IMG/VR virus record: IMGVR_UViG_3300023106_000005
Span: 1-51,743 of that record
Direction: 5' to 3' (one strand)
From: a virus
Lineage: Duplodnaviria > Caudoviricetes
Length of the DNA: 51,743 nucleotides
Shown here piece by piece: positions 28,005 through 36,971 of the stretch. Under the pieces are notes generated by a model. That model made no database searches. It had not been told where the DNA came from and worked only from the letters and a program-made list of their open reading frames with translations. The translations under genes and the position numbers were made by a program. Numbering within the stretch: position 1 is the first letter of the stretch; every line of letters begins with the position of its first letter.

Positions 28005-28397
28005 ATGGAAAGAATTTACCATCGATACGAATATTGGGAATGCTTTAAAGAAGGTTTTTTTAGAAATGTTTCGGGTGAAGAAAGAAAGAAATTATCAAAA
28101 AAAGTCATTGAACTTTTTGAAGATTCAAATAAAACCGAAATTTTCATGCAAAAAGTAATTGATAATTGGATTTATTCATGTGAACATAATTTAACCAATA
28201 TTTCAATGAATCGTGTTGCATGGTTGGGACAATCGGCATGCTGCTTATATGCTAAAATACCTTATTCAGTCACGATGGAAAATTGGCGATTTGTTTCAAA
28301 ACAAAAAGCAGATAAAGCCTGTGAAATAGCTGAAAGATTAATTAAAAAATACGAAGAAACCGAAAAAATAAATCAATTATGCCTAAAGTTTATTTAG
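28005..28397 (+). CDS. Hypothetical protein, first gene of the IbrAB-like cassette (130 aa)
   Basis: RIYH.Y..WE....G, W..SCEHNLTN...NR.AWLGQ.ACC; overlaps next gene. Confidence 0.75.
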   Translation: MERIYHRYEYWECFKEGFFRNVSGEERKKLSKKVIELFEDSNKTEIFMQKVIDNWIYSCEHNLTNISMNRVAWLGQSACCLYAKIPYSVTMENWRFVSKQKADKACEIAERLIKKYEETEKINQLCLKFI

Positions 28398-29593
28398 ATC
28401 AAAACGTTTACGATGCAGCAGTCGAAAGAATAAAATTTACTTTCGATAATTTTGAAAAGATTTATCTTTCTTTTAGTGCAGGAAAAGATTCGACAGTTAT
28501 GCTTCACATGGTTATGGATGAAGCTATTAAAAGAAATGTAAAAATTGGTTTGATGATTGTTGATTTAGAGGGCCAATATAAACTTACAATTGATCACATG
28601 CATAAATGCATTGAAATGTACAAAAGCCACATTGATTTATATTGGGTTTGTTTACCAATTCATTTACGAAATGCAGTTAGTGTTTTTAAACCATTTTGGA
28701 AATGTTGGGATACTGAAGTTAAAAAAGATTGGATTCGTCAATTACCAAAAGAAGCAATTTGGGATATTAATTATTTTCCTTTCTTTCGTGATGGAATGGA
28801 ATTTGAAGAATTTGTTCCGGAATTTGGCGAATGGTATTCACAGGGCAAAACATGCGCCTGTTTAGTTGGTATTCGTGCAGATGAAAGTTTAAACCGTTTC
28901 AGAACTATTGCAAGCGAAAGTAAAATTACTTTTATGAATAAGCAGTACACTACCAAAGTAACTGATAATGTTTTTAATCTTTATCCTATTTACGATTGGA
29001 AAACTGAAGATATTTGGATTTACCATGCTAAAAATAAGCATAAAAGACATAATGAACTTTATGATATGATGCATAAAGCCGGGTTATCAATTCATTTACA
29101 GCGTATATGCCAACCTTATGGCGATGATCAAAGGCGAGGTTTATATTTATTTCATTTGATCGAGCCTGAAACCTGGGCAAAAGTTGTTGCACGTGTAGAA
29201 GGCGCTAATAGTGGCGCTTTATATGTTCAAGATACCGGAAACATAAACGGTTACGGAAAAATCACAAAGCCAATGCATCACACATGGAAAAGTTTTTCCG
29301 AATTAATATTAAATACTTTGCCTGAAGTGACAGCCGAGCATTACAGAAATAAAATATTTACTTTTCTAAAATGGTGGTCGGAACGTGGTTATTATGATGG
29401 TTTACCTGATGAAGCGCCCGCAATTTTAGAAAGTGAAAGATTAGCCCCATCATGGCGAAGAGTAGCAAAATCATTGCTTAGAAACGATTATTGGTGCAAA
29501 GGTTTAGGATTTACCCAACACAAAACCGAAGCTTATAATAAATACTTAAAATTAAAAAAAGAACAACGTTTAAACTCTAATATCAAAATATAA
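28379..29593 (+). CDS. ibrA: PAPS reductase-family / DUF3440 protein (IbrA/YbdN-like)
   Basis: PP-loop SFSAGKDS, GIRADESLNR, YPIYDW, RICQPYG, PSWRR....L.ND. Confidence 0.85.
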   Translation: MPKVYLDQNVYDAAVERIKFTFDNFEKIYLSFSAGKDSTVMLHMVMDEAIKRNVKIGLMIVDLEGQYKLTIDHMHKCIEMYKSHIDLYWVCLPIHLRNAVSVFKPFWKCWDTEVKKDWIRQLPKEAIWDINYFPFFRDGMEFEEFVPEFGEWYSQGKTCACLVGIRADESLNRFRTIASESKITFMNKQYTTKVTDNVFNLYPIYDWKTEDIWIYHAKNKHKRHNELYDMMHKAGLSIHLQRICQPYGDDQRRGLYLFHLIEPETWAKVVARVEGANSGALYVQDTGNINGYGKITKPMHHTWKSFSELILNTLPEVTAEHYRNKIFTFLKWWSERGYYDGLPDEAPAILESERLAPSWRRVAKSLLRNDYWCKGLGFTQHKTEAYNKYLKLKKEQRLNSNIKI

Positions 29594-30258
29594 TGAAAGA
29601 TTTAATTTTACAACAATTTGACTTAATTATAGAATCATTAAAACATTTAGAAACTGATTTGAAGGTTTCTATTATGAACGAAATTAAAATTAAAATGCAT
29701 GAAGTTTCGCCATTTAAAAGCGAACCTGTTGATTGTGTTTTATGGGTTAAAAATGATAGCGTACATGCAAATGATTACAACCCGAACAGCGTAGCCCCTC
29801 CCGAAATGGAGCTTTTACGCTTATCGATTGAATCAGATGGATATACTCAGCCGATTGTTTCGATGTTGGATGAAAATCTAACTACACGAGAAGTAATTGA
29901 TGGATTTCACCGTAATAGAGTAGGAAAAGAGTGTCCGGAAATTCAAAGCCGCGTTCACGGTTATTTACCGGTTGTTACAATAAATGAAGATCGAACAAAA
30001 ATAAACGATCGTGTTGCTTCAACAATTCGCCATAACCGCGCCCGTGGAAAACATAAAATAGATGCTATGAGCGATATTGTTATTGATCTTAAAAAACGTA
30101 ATTGGTCAGATGCTAAAATATCTAAAAACTTAGGTATGGATGCTGATGAAGTTTTAAGGCTTTGCCAAATTGGAGGTTTAGCAGAATTGTTTTCTGATAA
30201 AGAATTTTCCAAATCCTGGGAAGCTGATATTTATAATCCTGAAACTGAAAACATGTAA
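29593..30258 (+). CDS. ibrB: ParB/Srx-like nuclease domain protein (IbrB/YbdM-like)
   Basis: ANDYNPNSVAPPEM, DGYTQPIV, IDGFHR, STIRHNRARGKH, C-terminal HTH; translationally coupled to ibrA. Confidence 0.88.
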   Translation: MKDLILQQFDLIIESLKHLETDLKVSIMNEIKIKMHEVSPFKSEPVDCVLWVKNDSVHANDYNPNSVAPPEMELLRLSIESDGYTQPIVSMLDENLTTREVIDGFHRNRVGKECPEIQSRVHGYLPVVTINEDRTKINDRVASTIRHNRARGKHKIDAMSDIVIDLKKRNWSDAKISKNLGMDADEVLRLCQIGGLAELFSDKEFSKSWEADIYNPETENM

Positions 30259-30260
30259 TT

Positions 30261-30965
30261 ATGGGAATTCCAATAAAAGAAAAGCCCTGCAAAGGGCTTG
30301 GTATCACAAAAGATTTAGGTTGTGGAAAAATTACTTCTCATCGAAAGCTCGGCCTTGGTCTTATGTGCGGGTGTTATTCTGATTTTATTCTTAAAACGGA
30401 ACCGGGAAAATTGATTATGCAAAGGGCTATCGGTAAAGGAAAAAGCAACAATCAAAAAATAGTTGTTAAAAATAACCGTGAAGAAATTAAGCAGCAAAAG
30501 GAAAATCTAAAAACAATTTCCGCTTTTAGAAATGATCTTCAAAAAGAAATTAACTCTATAGTTCGTTTAATTGATAATGGTCATGCGTGTATAGCAACTA
30601 ATAAATTTTTTGGAAAAATGAACGCGGGGCATTATATTTCAGTTGGATCCAATGGAACTATCAGATATCATTTAGAAAACATTTGGTTGCAATCTGAACA
30701 TTCTAACAATTGGAAAGCCGGCGATACTATTCGATATCAAAAAGGAATCAGGAAATTGTTTGGTAGGGATTATTTGGAGTACTTGGATTCTTTACAATCA
30801 ATTGCGCCAATAAAATTAACTATCCCGGAAATCAAAGAAAAAATTTCAATTTGCCGCGGAATAATCAAATGGTTAAAATTACAGGATAGAATTTTTTCAA
30901 CTGAAGAAAGATTGAGTTTAAGACTTAGGTTTAACAAAGAAATTGGAATTTATGATCCAACTTAA
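30261..30965 (+). CDS. ninG: NinG/Rap-like junction endonuclease
   Basis: LQ..IN..VR..D, AGHY.SVG....IRY...NI..Q....N...G....Y. Confidence 0.8.
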   Translation: MGIPIKEKPCKGLGITKDLGCGKITSHRKLGLGLMCGCYSDFILKTEPGKLIMQRAIGKGKSNNQKIVVKNNREEIKQQKENLKTISAFRNDLQKEINSIVRLIDNGHACIATNKFFGKMNAGHYISVGSNGTIRYHLENIWLQSEHSNNWKAGDTIRYQKGIRKLFGRDYLEYLDSLQSIAPIKLTIPEIKEKISICRGIIKWLKLQDRIFSTEERLSLRLRFNKEIGIYDPT

Positions 30966-31057
30966 ATATTGGCGTTCGCTAACTAAACCCCAAAAACAGG
31001 ACCTAATGAAAGCTAATAACATAAAAGCCGTTACCTTTGATTTCATAAAGAAATGTT

Positions 31058-31118
31058 ATTTAGAATCGCTATAAATTAAGATGTAATGTATTTTATATGT
31101 ATATATTTTATACATTTG
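31058..31118 (+). promoter_or_regulatory. Promoter: 19-bp palindrome (31058-31076) and TACATTTG (31111-31118)
   Basis: Gap 34 nt; degenerate TATAT-n5-ATACA at 31100-31114. Confidence 0.7.
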
Positions 31119-31155
31119 TATATGCAATAATGCAAAACAATTTAAAAAGTTAATA

Positions 31156-31473
31156 ATGATTTCAAAAGAAGTTTATTTAAAAGCCTTATCAATTGTAGAA
31201 ACTTATCACGATCAGGTTAGATTAGAAGCTTTAGAGGTTAAAGCGGTTCAATCAAATCACAAATCAAAAGATGATTTACAAGTTGGAGATTTTGTTGAAT
31301 GTGTAGAAGTTCACGGAAATAGCATAAACAATCTAACCAAAGGCGAAAAATACGAAGTTTCACGAACTCGATTAAGTTACAATGAACGTGATAAATACAT
31401 TTTCATTAGAGTAAACTCAGGAAAGCTAAAAGAGTACAACGTTAAAAACACTCAGTTCAAAGCATTAAAATAA
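31156..31473 (+). CDS. Hypothetical protein (105 aa)
   Basis: First gene after promoter; VGD.V.C......LT.G.KYEV SH3-like tail. Confidence 0.7.
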   Translation: MISKEVYLKALSIVETYHDQVRLEALEVKAVQSNHKSKDDLQVGDFVECVEVHGNSINNLTKGEKYEVSRTRLSYNERDKYIFIRVNSGKLKEYNVKNTQFKALK

Positions 31474-31482
31474 AAATTAACC

Positions 31483-31506
31483 AAGGCGGCATAAAAACCC
31501 GCCTTT
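31483..31506 (+). terminator. Hairpin, weak terminator or processing site
   Basis: AAGGCGG-n9-CCGCCTTT. Confidence 0.5.
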
Positions 31507-31693
31507 AAAAACAAATATTATGTATCAAGACGCTTATAATACAATCAATGAATTAATGAAAACAAATGATAAAATAAATTTCATTGCTTTTATTAATGAT
31601 GGTCAAATAATGATTTCAATAACTACATGTCTCGCACCATCAACAGTAAGTAATATTGATGAATTGCTAGAATTTGTAGAAAGAATTTAAGCC

Positions 31694-31951
31694 ATGAGAA
31701 AACTAAGCGATATCTATTTAAAACTTCAGGAATGCTTTATTATATTCAGAAGCTCCAACTTATGCATCGAGATTCAATATTTAATAAATGCTAAAAAGAT
31801 CACTAAAGAAGAATTTGATTTGCTTTGTGCCGATTTTGCAACATTCAAGCCCGAAGGAAAGAAAAAAGGCGAATTTTGGTTTGAATCATGGGATGAAAGA
31901 AACGAGTTTTTAAAAGAAAGGATTATTAATTTACAAAATGAGGCATTATGA
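31694..31951 (+). CDS. Hypothetical protein (85 aa)
   Basis: ATGA overlap with next gene. Confidence 0.65.
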   Translation: MRKLSDIYLKLQECFIIFRSSNLCIEIQYLINAKKITKEEFDLLCADFATFKPEGKKKGEFWFESWDERNEFLKERIINLQNEAL

Positions 31952-32145
31952 AAGCAGCAACATTGACCGAAGCAGTAAGTAAAATATTAGGCAAAAAAGT
32001 AACTGAAGGCGAAGCAATGCATTTTGCTTTTAACAATTACATGGAGCTGAGAATGTTTACAAGACATGAGGATCAAATAATTTATTTGAAAAAACAAAAC
32101 AAATTAAAAAGAGAAGAATTAAGACGAAAATATTCAAAAAATTAA
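31948..32145 (+). CDS. Hypothetical protein (65 aa)
   Basis: Packed in operon. Confidence 0.6.
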   Translation: MKAATLTEAVSKILGKKVTEGEAMHFAFNNYMELRMFTRHEDQIIYLKKQNKLKREELRRKYSKN

Positions 32146-32148
32146 ATC

Positions 32149-32334
32149 ATGGCACGTTTTATAAGTTTATCGCCCACAATACCTGTACCCGATCAGATTT
32201 TAATAATTGAGCATTGGAAACACAAACCGAACAATACTATTGCAAATTTGTCAGAAACATTCCATTACAGCCAACACAAAATAAATCATTTGATTAACGA
32301 ATATTTAAAATCAAAACCATCCAATGGCAAATAA
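32149..32334 (+). CDS. Small HTH-like protein (61 aa)
   Basis: TIANLSETFHYSQHKINHLI resembles a helix-turn-helix. Confidence 0.5.
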   Translation: MARFISLSPTIPVPDQILIIEHWKHKPNNTIANLSETFHYSQHKINHLINEYLKSKPSNGK

Positions 32335-32526
32335 ATCAGAAATTCAGGAAAGAATCAATCATTACGAAGAAAAGTTGATCGAATACAATATCGGATTCAA
32401 ATTTAAACATCGTATTCCGGCAACTGAAAGCCTTTTAGCTTTTTGGAAAGGTCAATTGGCAAAGCAACAAAGAATCGATAACCGCGTTGCAAATGCTTAA
32501 ATAAAAATAATTTATAGTATAAAATT

Positions 32527-32919
32527 ATGACTAAACAAGAAAAAATACAAGAGGCTTACGGTGAAAACTGGGAACTTGTAAAATATAAAGTAAATAAAGA
32601 TGGTTGGATAAAAGACCGTGAATTTATATTCTCAGATTTCATAAATGGTATTGATTGGCAAACTACCGATCACGATGACGAATATTACGACACAAGTCGT
32701 CCTAAATCTTTAAAAGGAATAGAAGATAATAACGGATGGATTAAAATAAATAATGAAACAGATTTACCAAAAGAAGGTGCTGAATATTGGGTTGTTACTA
32801 AAAGAGGAACAATTACAAAAGCATCATATTTAAGTGATAGAAAAGTTTTCTTTGTGTTTGGAGATATTCAAGTAACACACTATCAAAAACTAATATATCC
32901 ACAAAAACCAATATATTAA
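32527..32919 (+). CDS. DUF551-like phage protein (130 aa)
   Basis: RPKSL.GIE.NNGWIKI....DLP...VTHYQ....P..P.Y. Confidence 0.7.
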   Translation: MTKQEKIQEAYGENWELVKYKVNKDGWIKDREFIFSDFINGIDWQTTDHDDEYYDTSRPKSLKGIEDNNGWIKINNETDLPKEGAEYWVVTKRGTITKASYLSDRKVFFVFGDIQVTHYQKLIYPQKPIY

Positions 32920-32922
32920 ATA

Positions 32923-34317
32923 ATGCTAAACCCAAATCAAATATATCATCGTAAAAACAAAATACTTTATGATTCATCAGGAAAAGAGATCGTAAAGTTC
33001 AAAGAAATTACGGTAGATGCGGAAAACCTAACAGGTGTTTTAGTCGAAAACATGAATAAATACATAGCCTGTTATCCGGAGAGAATAGAGATTATAGAAA
33101 AACAAACAATTAACCTTATTTTAAAAATTATGAAAAAAGCAATTGCAATGCGATGCACTAGAGAACAATTCGAAGTTATTAAACCTAAAATAAACAAATA
33201 TATTTGTTTTAATCACATAAGAATTGAAGAATTTAATCATCTTCCATACTTAACAAATTATTTCGAAGGGAAAGAAAATTTAATTGCTAATATAACTTAT
33301 ATAGGCATTCAAAATTATAACAGAGAACTTGTAGAAGAGTGGAATGAAAACACATTCCTTGATGCTTGTGGAATTAAAATCGAAAAACCAATAAGAACCA
33401 ACAAACTAACCGAATTAGAAAAACGTGTTGAGGTTTTGGAACATAAAGTTGATTTGAAAAATATTGCAGATATGCCTGTTAACCTTGAATTAAAACAACC
33501 ATTCACAGGAATAAAAGCGCCAATGTATGAATCTATATTAAAATCAATCAAAGAAGGTAAAATTGTAATTCCTAAAACCACAAACATTATCGAGGAATTA
33601 AAAAATTATAAACCTATGAGTTTGAATTTCGGTTTAGATATTGCACCTGGATTTATGCAACCGCATCTTTCTGATTCATTTGGTATTTTTCAGCAATACG
33701 AAACATTAAAACAGGAAAACAATAAACTAAAACTTCGTGTTGAAGAATTAGAAGCCGAAAACAAAGCTCTTTTATCTGCTCCAAATGCTGCTGCAATCAG
33801 TTTTACCGCATCATCTACTTTTGATTTTAAAGATATGCCAATCGCAGGAACCGATGTTAAAGAGTTGGAAGTCGGTAAGTGGTATAAGTGTATTGAAAAA
33901 GAATTTGAATCACTGGTAGTTATCACTGATTTAGAAGGTAACAAAGCATATGGGTTTTCTTATTATGGAGAAAATGATAGAAACATTTGGAACGATGAAT
34001 CAAACTGCGGATGGTCATTTAAATCAGATACTAAAAACTGGGAATTAGCCACCGAACAAGAAGTAACCGAAGCTTTGACTAAAGAGGCGGTTAAGAGAGG
34101 GTTTAAAGAAGGTGTTGCTGTTAAATATCCGTGGTTTTCAGAATTAAACAAACAGCATTATATTTATACTCCTGACTTTAAAGAAGAAAGTATATTAGAG
34201 AACGAACGATTTTTATATTTAGGATGTTGCGTTTTTTGTGGTGGTCAATGGGCTGAAATAATCGAAACTGTTTCTTTAAATGATGCTGAAAAAATATTAG
34301 GCAAAAAAATAATTTAA
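32923..34317 (+). CDS. Mosaic hypothetical protein (464 aa; an internal start at 33130 is plausible)
   Basis: Concatenated small phage domains (LEVGKWYK, ATEQEV..AL.KEA.KRGF, GQWAEII) and coiled coil. Confidence 0.7.
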   Translation: MLNPNQIYHRKNKILYDSSGKEIVKFKEITVDAENLTGVLVENMNKYIACYPERIEIIEKQTINLILKIMKKAIAMRCTREQFEVIKPKINKYICFNHIRIEEFNHLPYLTNYFEGKENLIANITYIGIQNYNRELVEEWNENTFLDACGIKIEKPIRTNKLTELEKRVEVLEHKVDLKNIADMPVNLELKQPFTGIKAPMYESILKSIKEGKIVIPKTTNIIEELKNYKPMSLNFGLDIAPGFMQPHLSDSFGIFQQYETLKQENNKLKLRVEELEAENKALLSAPNAAAISFTASSTFDFKDMPIAGTDVKELEVGKWYKCIEKEFESLVVITDLEGNKAYGFSYYGENDRNIWNDESNCGWSFKSDTKNWELATEQEVTEALTKEAVKRGFKEGVAVKYPWFSELNKQHYIYTPDFKEESILENERFLYLGCCVFCGGQWAEIIETVSLNDAEKILGKKII

Positions 34318-34480
34318 TCAGTCAAGCGACATAAAAACAAAATAGAAATCATGAAATAGCAAATCAAAACCAAGTAATTAAACCATTTTTAAAAATAATT
34401 AATCAATGCACTTTTTCTTAGGTTTTAAACTGATAGCTTAATTACAAAAACTCATGCGAATAATAGTAACATGATTCAAT

Positions 34481-34512
34481 AAAAAACCTCAGCAATAACG
34501 TTGAGGTTTTTT
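34481..34512 (+). terminator. Intrinsic terminator ending the early/middle region
   Basis: AAAAAACCTCAGC-aataac-GTTGAGGTTTTTT. Confidence 0.85.
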
Positions 34513-34556
34513 ATTTCCAAAAATGAACGTTTTGTCTCCAAAAACAACCAAAAATT

Positions 34557-34606
34557 ATATAAAACCGTTATAAATAATCCGTTTTTGAATACTTTTTGTA
34601 CATTTG
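34557..34606 (+). promoter_or_regulatory. Degenerate 19-bp palindrome (34557-34575) and TACATTTG promoter (34599-34606)
   Basis: Upstream of ParB-like/TerS operon. Confidence 0.6.
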
Positions 34607-34631
34607 CTTTAAATTTTAGTACATTTACAAC

Positions 34632-35216
34632 ATGGAAACGAAAAGCATACAAATAGAATTTCTAAATCATAACACCGGACAAATCGAAGGATTGCCCAAA
34701 AACCCGCGTGTTATAAAAGATGCCAGGTTTAAAAAATTGGTTCAGTCCATCAAAGAAGATCCGGAAATGCTAGAGCTTCGTGAATTAATTGTTATCCCTT
34801 ACAAACGCCAATTCGTAGTAATAGCAGGAAACCAACGTTTAAAAGCTTGCACGGAATTAGGTTACAAAGAAATGATCTGTAAAATATTGCCGACTCAAAC
34901 TTCAATTGATAAGCTAAAAGCAATTACAATCAAAGATAACATCAGTTTCGGCCAACACGATTGGGAATCACTTAATTTAGAATGGAATGATTTGCAGCTT
35001 TCGAATTGGGGTTTAGATATAGAAAAGAAAATTGATCCCATCGGAAATAGTTCAATTTCAAAGAACGAAACCAAAAAGACCAAATCGATAATGATTGCTT
35101 TTGATATAAATGAATATGATGAAGCATTTGCGTTAATCAAGTATTTTAAAGACCGTGGTTACAATATTGGTAGTTCATTAGTACAATTGCTCAAAAAAGA
35201 AAAAGAAACGCTTTAA
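34632..35216 (+). CDS. ParB N-terminal (ParBc) domain protein
   Basis: NPR.I....F.KL..SI...P, VIAGNQRLKAC..LG, IKDN..FG..DW..L. Confidence 0.85.
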   Translation: METKSIQIEFLNHNTGQIEGLPKNPRVIKDARFKKLVQSIKEDPEMLELRELIVIPYKRQFVVIAGNQRLKACTELGYKEMICKILPTQTSIDKLKAITIKDNISFGQHDWESLNLEWNDLQLSNWGLDIEKKIDPIGNSSISKNETKKTKSIMIAFDINEYDEAFALIKYFKDRGYNIGSSLVQLLKKEKETL

Positions 35217-35227
35217 AACATATTAAA

Positions 35228-35650
35228 ATGGCTTTCAATAAAAAAAAGATTTATAAACAGGCTTTGGAATTAATCAATAAAAAAGAAATTCTTGATATTA
35301 CTGAACTTACGGCTTTGCTTCCTTGTCATAGATCAACGTTTTACCTGTTTTTTCCTGCTGATTCGGACGAATTAGACAATATAAAGGATTTAATAGATAC
35401 AAACAAAAGAATCGTTTGTGGAAGCCTAAAACGTAAATGGATTGGATCCGAAAATTCAACGCTTCAAATCGCTGCTTATAAATTAATGGGAAGTGACGAA
35501 GAGGTTCACAGATTAAGTGGAACACGCCAAGAAACAACGCTAAAAGGCGATAAAGATCATCCGATTGAATTCAACGATGAGGTTTCAAGAAATAAACTGA
35601 TTGCTGAACTTACAAAAGAGTTGGCAGAATCAGGAATTAAAGTAGAATAA
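35228..35650 (+). CDS. terS: Terminase small subunit
   Basis: HTH (LPCHRSTFY), KW..S.N.TLQIA.YKL, ET.LKGDKDHPI; position upstream of TerL. Confidence 0.75.
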   Translation: MAFNKKKIYKQALELINKKEILDITELTALLPCHRSTFYLFFPADSDELDNIKDLIDTNKRIVCGSLKRKWIGSENSTLQIAAYKLMGSDEEVHRLSGTRQETTLKGDKDHPIEFNDEVSRNKLIAELTKELAESGIKVE

Positions 35651-35682
35651 TAAAAATATACAAACTAATTTCAGTCTTTGGA

Positions 35683-35830
35683 TGGTTATAATAACCACGG
35701 GTAACTCTCAGGGTTGTAAAGGCTCTTTAAATCATTACTCGCTATTGGGATTGTGAGATCGTTTACCGGTTTCTGACATAGGGTAAACAGTAGGGCAGTA
35801 GAAAATGTGATCGGTTCGCGTTACGGTAAT
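35683..35830 (+). other. GC-elevated multi-hairpin intergenic element downstream of terS (ncRNA or packaging-site candidate)
   Basis: Five consecutive short inverted repeats; about 43% GC over 35681-35820 by hand count, clearly above its flanks. Confidence 0.4.
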
Positions 35831-35929
35831 TGAATTTTTTATTAGAACTTTCTTAAAAAAATTATCGTTATAAAAAACACATGTGAAAAAGATTGAAATT
35901 AAGTGTATGTTTTATTAAAAAATATAATC

Positions 35930-36142
35930 ATGGAAAAAGGATTGATCACAAGGGATGATTTAATTTATTTAGGGAATTACAATCGTGACTTAAAAGCCAT
36001 TAAATATACCTTGAAAGGATTGATGTTTATAAATACAATCACTTTTGGACTTATAGAAGATAGATTATGTTTTCAATATGATAAGCTTCTTGAAACTTGG
36101 CAAAAAGCCATTGGGGAGCCTGGTTATTTTGACAAAAATTAA
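35930..36142 (+). CDS. Hypothetical protein (70 aa)
   Basis: ATG with A-rich context (MEKGL...). Confidence 0.55.
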   Translation: MEKGLITRDDLIYLGNYNRDLKAIKYTLKGLMFINTITFGLIEDRLCFQYDKLLETWQKAIGEPGYFDKN

Positions 36143-36262
36143 CATTTCAAAAAAGTCAATGTTTATAAGGCTTAAGGCAGAAAGCTACAGTACGCCAAGA
36201 CAATAAAATTTGTCGAAAAAATATACTATACTTGCGACAAAATAACCAATAAAAATATAGCC

Positions 36263-36451
36263 ATGTTAGAAGTAAAAGAAGGAAAAATATTTGTTGAAGG
36301 AGTTGAAACGATTGATCCGGAATTGATCGGTTTTGCTTTCATGGATTTTGCTGAAAACATTTCAAAGAATAATGTTGATTGCGAACTTCAATTAAAAGAC
36401 AATCATTTCGATAATGATTACGTAGAAATTATATTCATCCCTAAAAATTAA
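36263..36451 (+). CDS. Hypothetical protein (62 aa)
   Basis: GKI.V.G.ETIDPELIG.A..DFAE motif. Confidence 0.65.
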   Translation: MLEVKEGKIFVEGVETIDPELIGFAFMDFAENISKNNVDCELQLKDNHFDNDYVEIIFIPKN

Positions 36452-36456
36452 CCATT

Positions 36457-36687
36457 ATGAAAAACCCATTCAAACAATTTGCTACCTTCATTCAAAAAAA
36501 GTTCAGCAAAAAAGTAGATGAAAAACAAGTTACTGAAGATTTGAAACAAGAAATTGCTTATAACATTCAGCAATATCAATTAATTCAGGAAAAGAAATCT
36601 GATTTACCACGATCAAAACGCGATCAGGTTGAAAGAAATATTGCTGAGTATGTTCGATTAGGTCATATAACACTTATGAAAGCATGA
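36457..36687 (+). CDS. Hypothetical protein (76 aa)
   Basis: Y.LIQ.K.S.L.RS.RD.V motif. Confidence 0.65.
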   Translation: MKNPFKQFATFIQKKFSKKVDEKQVTEDLKQEIAYNIQQYQLIQEKKSDLPRSKRDQVERNIAEYVRLGHITLMKA

Positions 36688-36928
36688 CAGCATTAGAACG
36701 AATTTCAATTGTAATGGATTTTTACGCCAGTCGCGGAATAAATTCTGAGAGGATAAATAAAGTATATCTAAAAATTATAAATATATGATCATTACACAGT
36801 ATTATTCAAAAAAGCCTAATTGGATAATCTTATGGAAAGATATTTCAGGTTTAAAATTATCAGCCGTAAACCATTGCGGGCTGCCTAAACAGCAAGCTTT
36901 AGGAAAATGGCGAATAAAATATAAAACT

Positions 36929-36957
36929 AAACGTGACAATTAAGAGTCACGTTTTTT
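36929..36957 (+). terminator. Terminator-like hairpin directly upstream of terL
   Basis: AAACGTGAC-aattaaga-GTCACGTTTTTT. Confidence 0.7.
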
Positions 36958-36971
36958 GCATTTAAAATAAT

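Noticed and set aside
28379-29593. CysH sulfur-assimilation auxiliary metabolic gene
   Set aside because: Length, DUF3440-type C-terminus and coupling to an IbrB-like gene fit IbrA/YbdN; no C-terminal ECGLH motif
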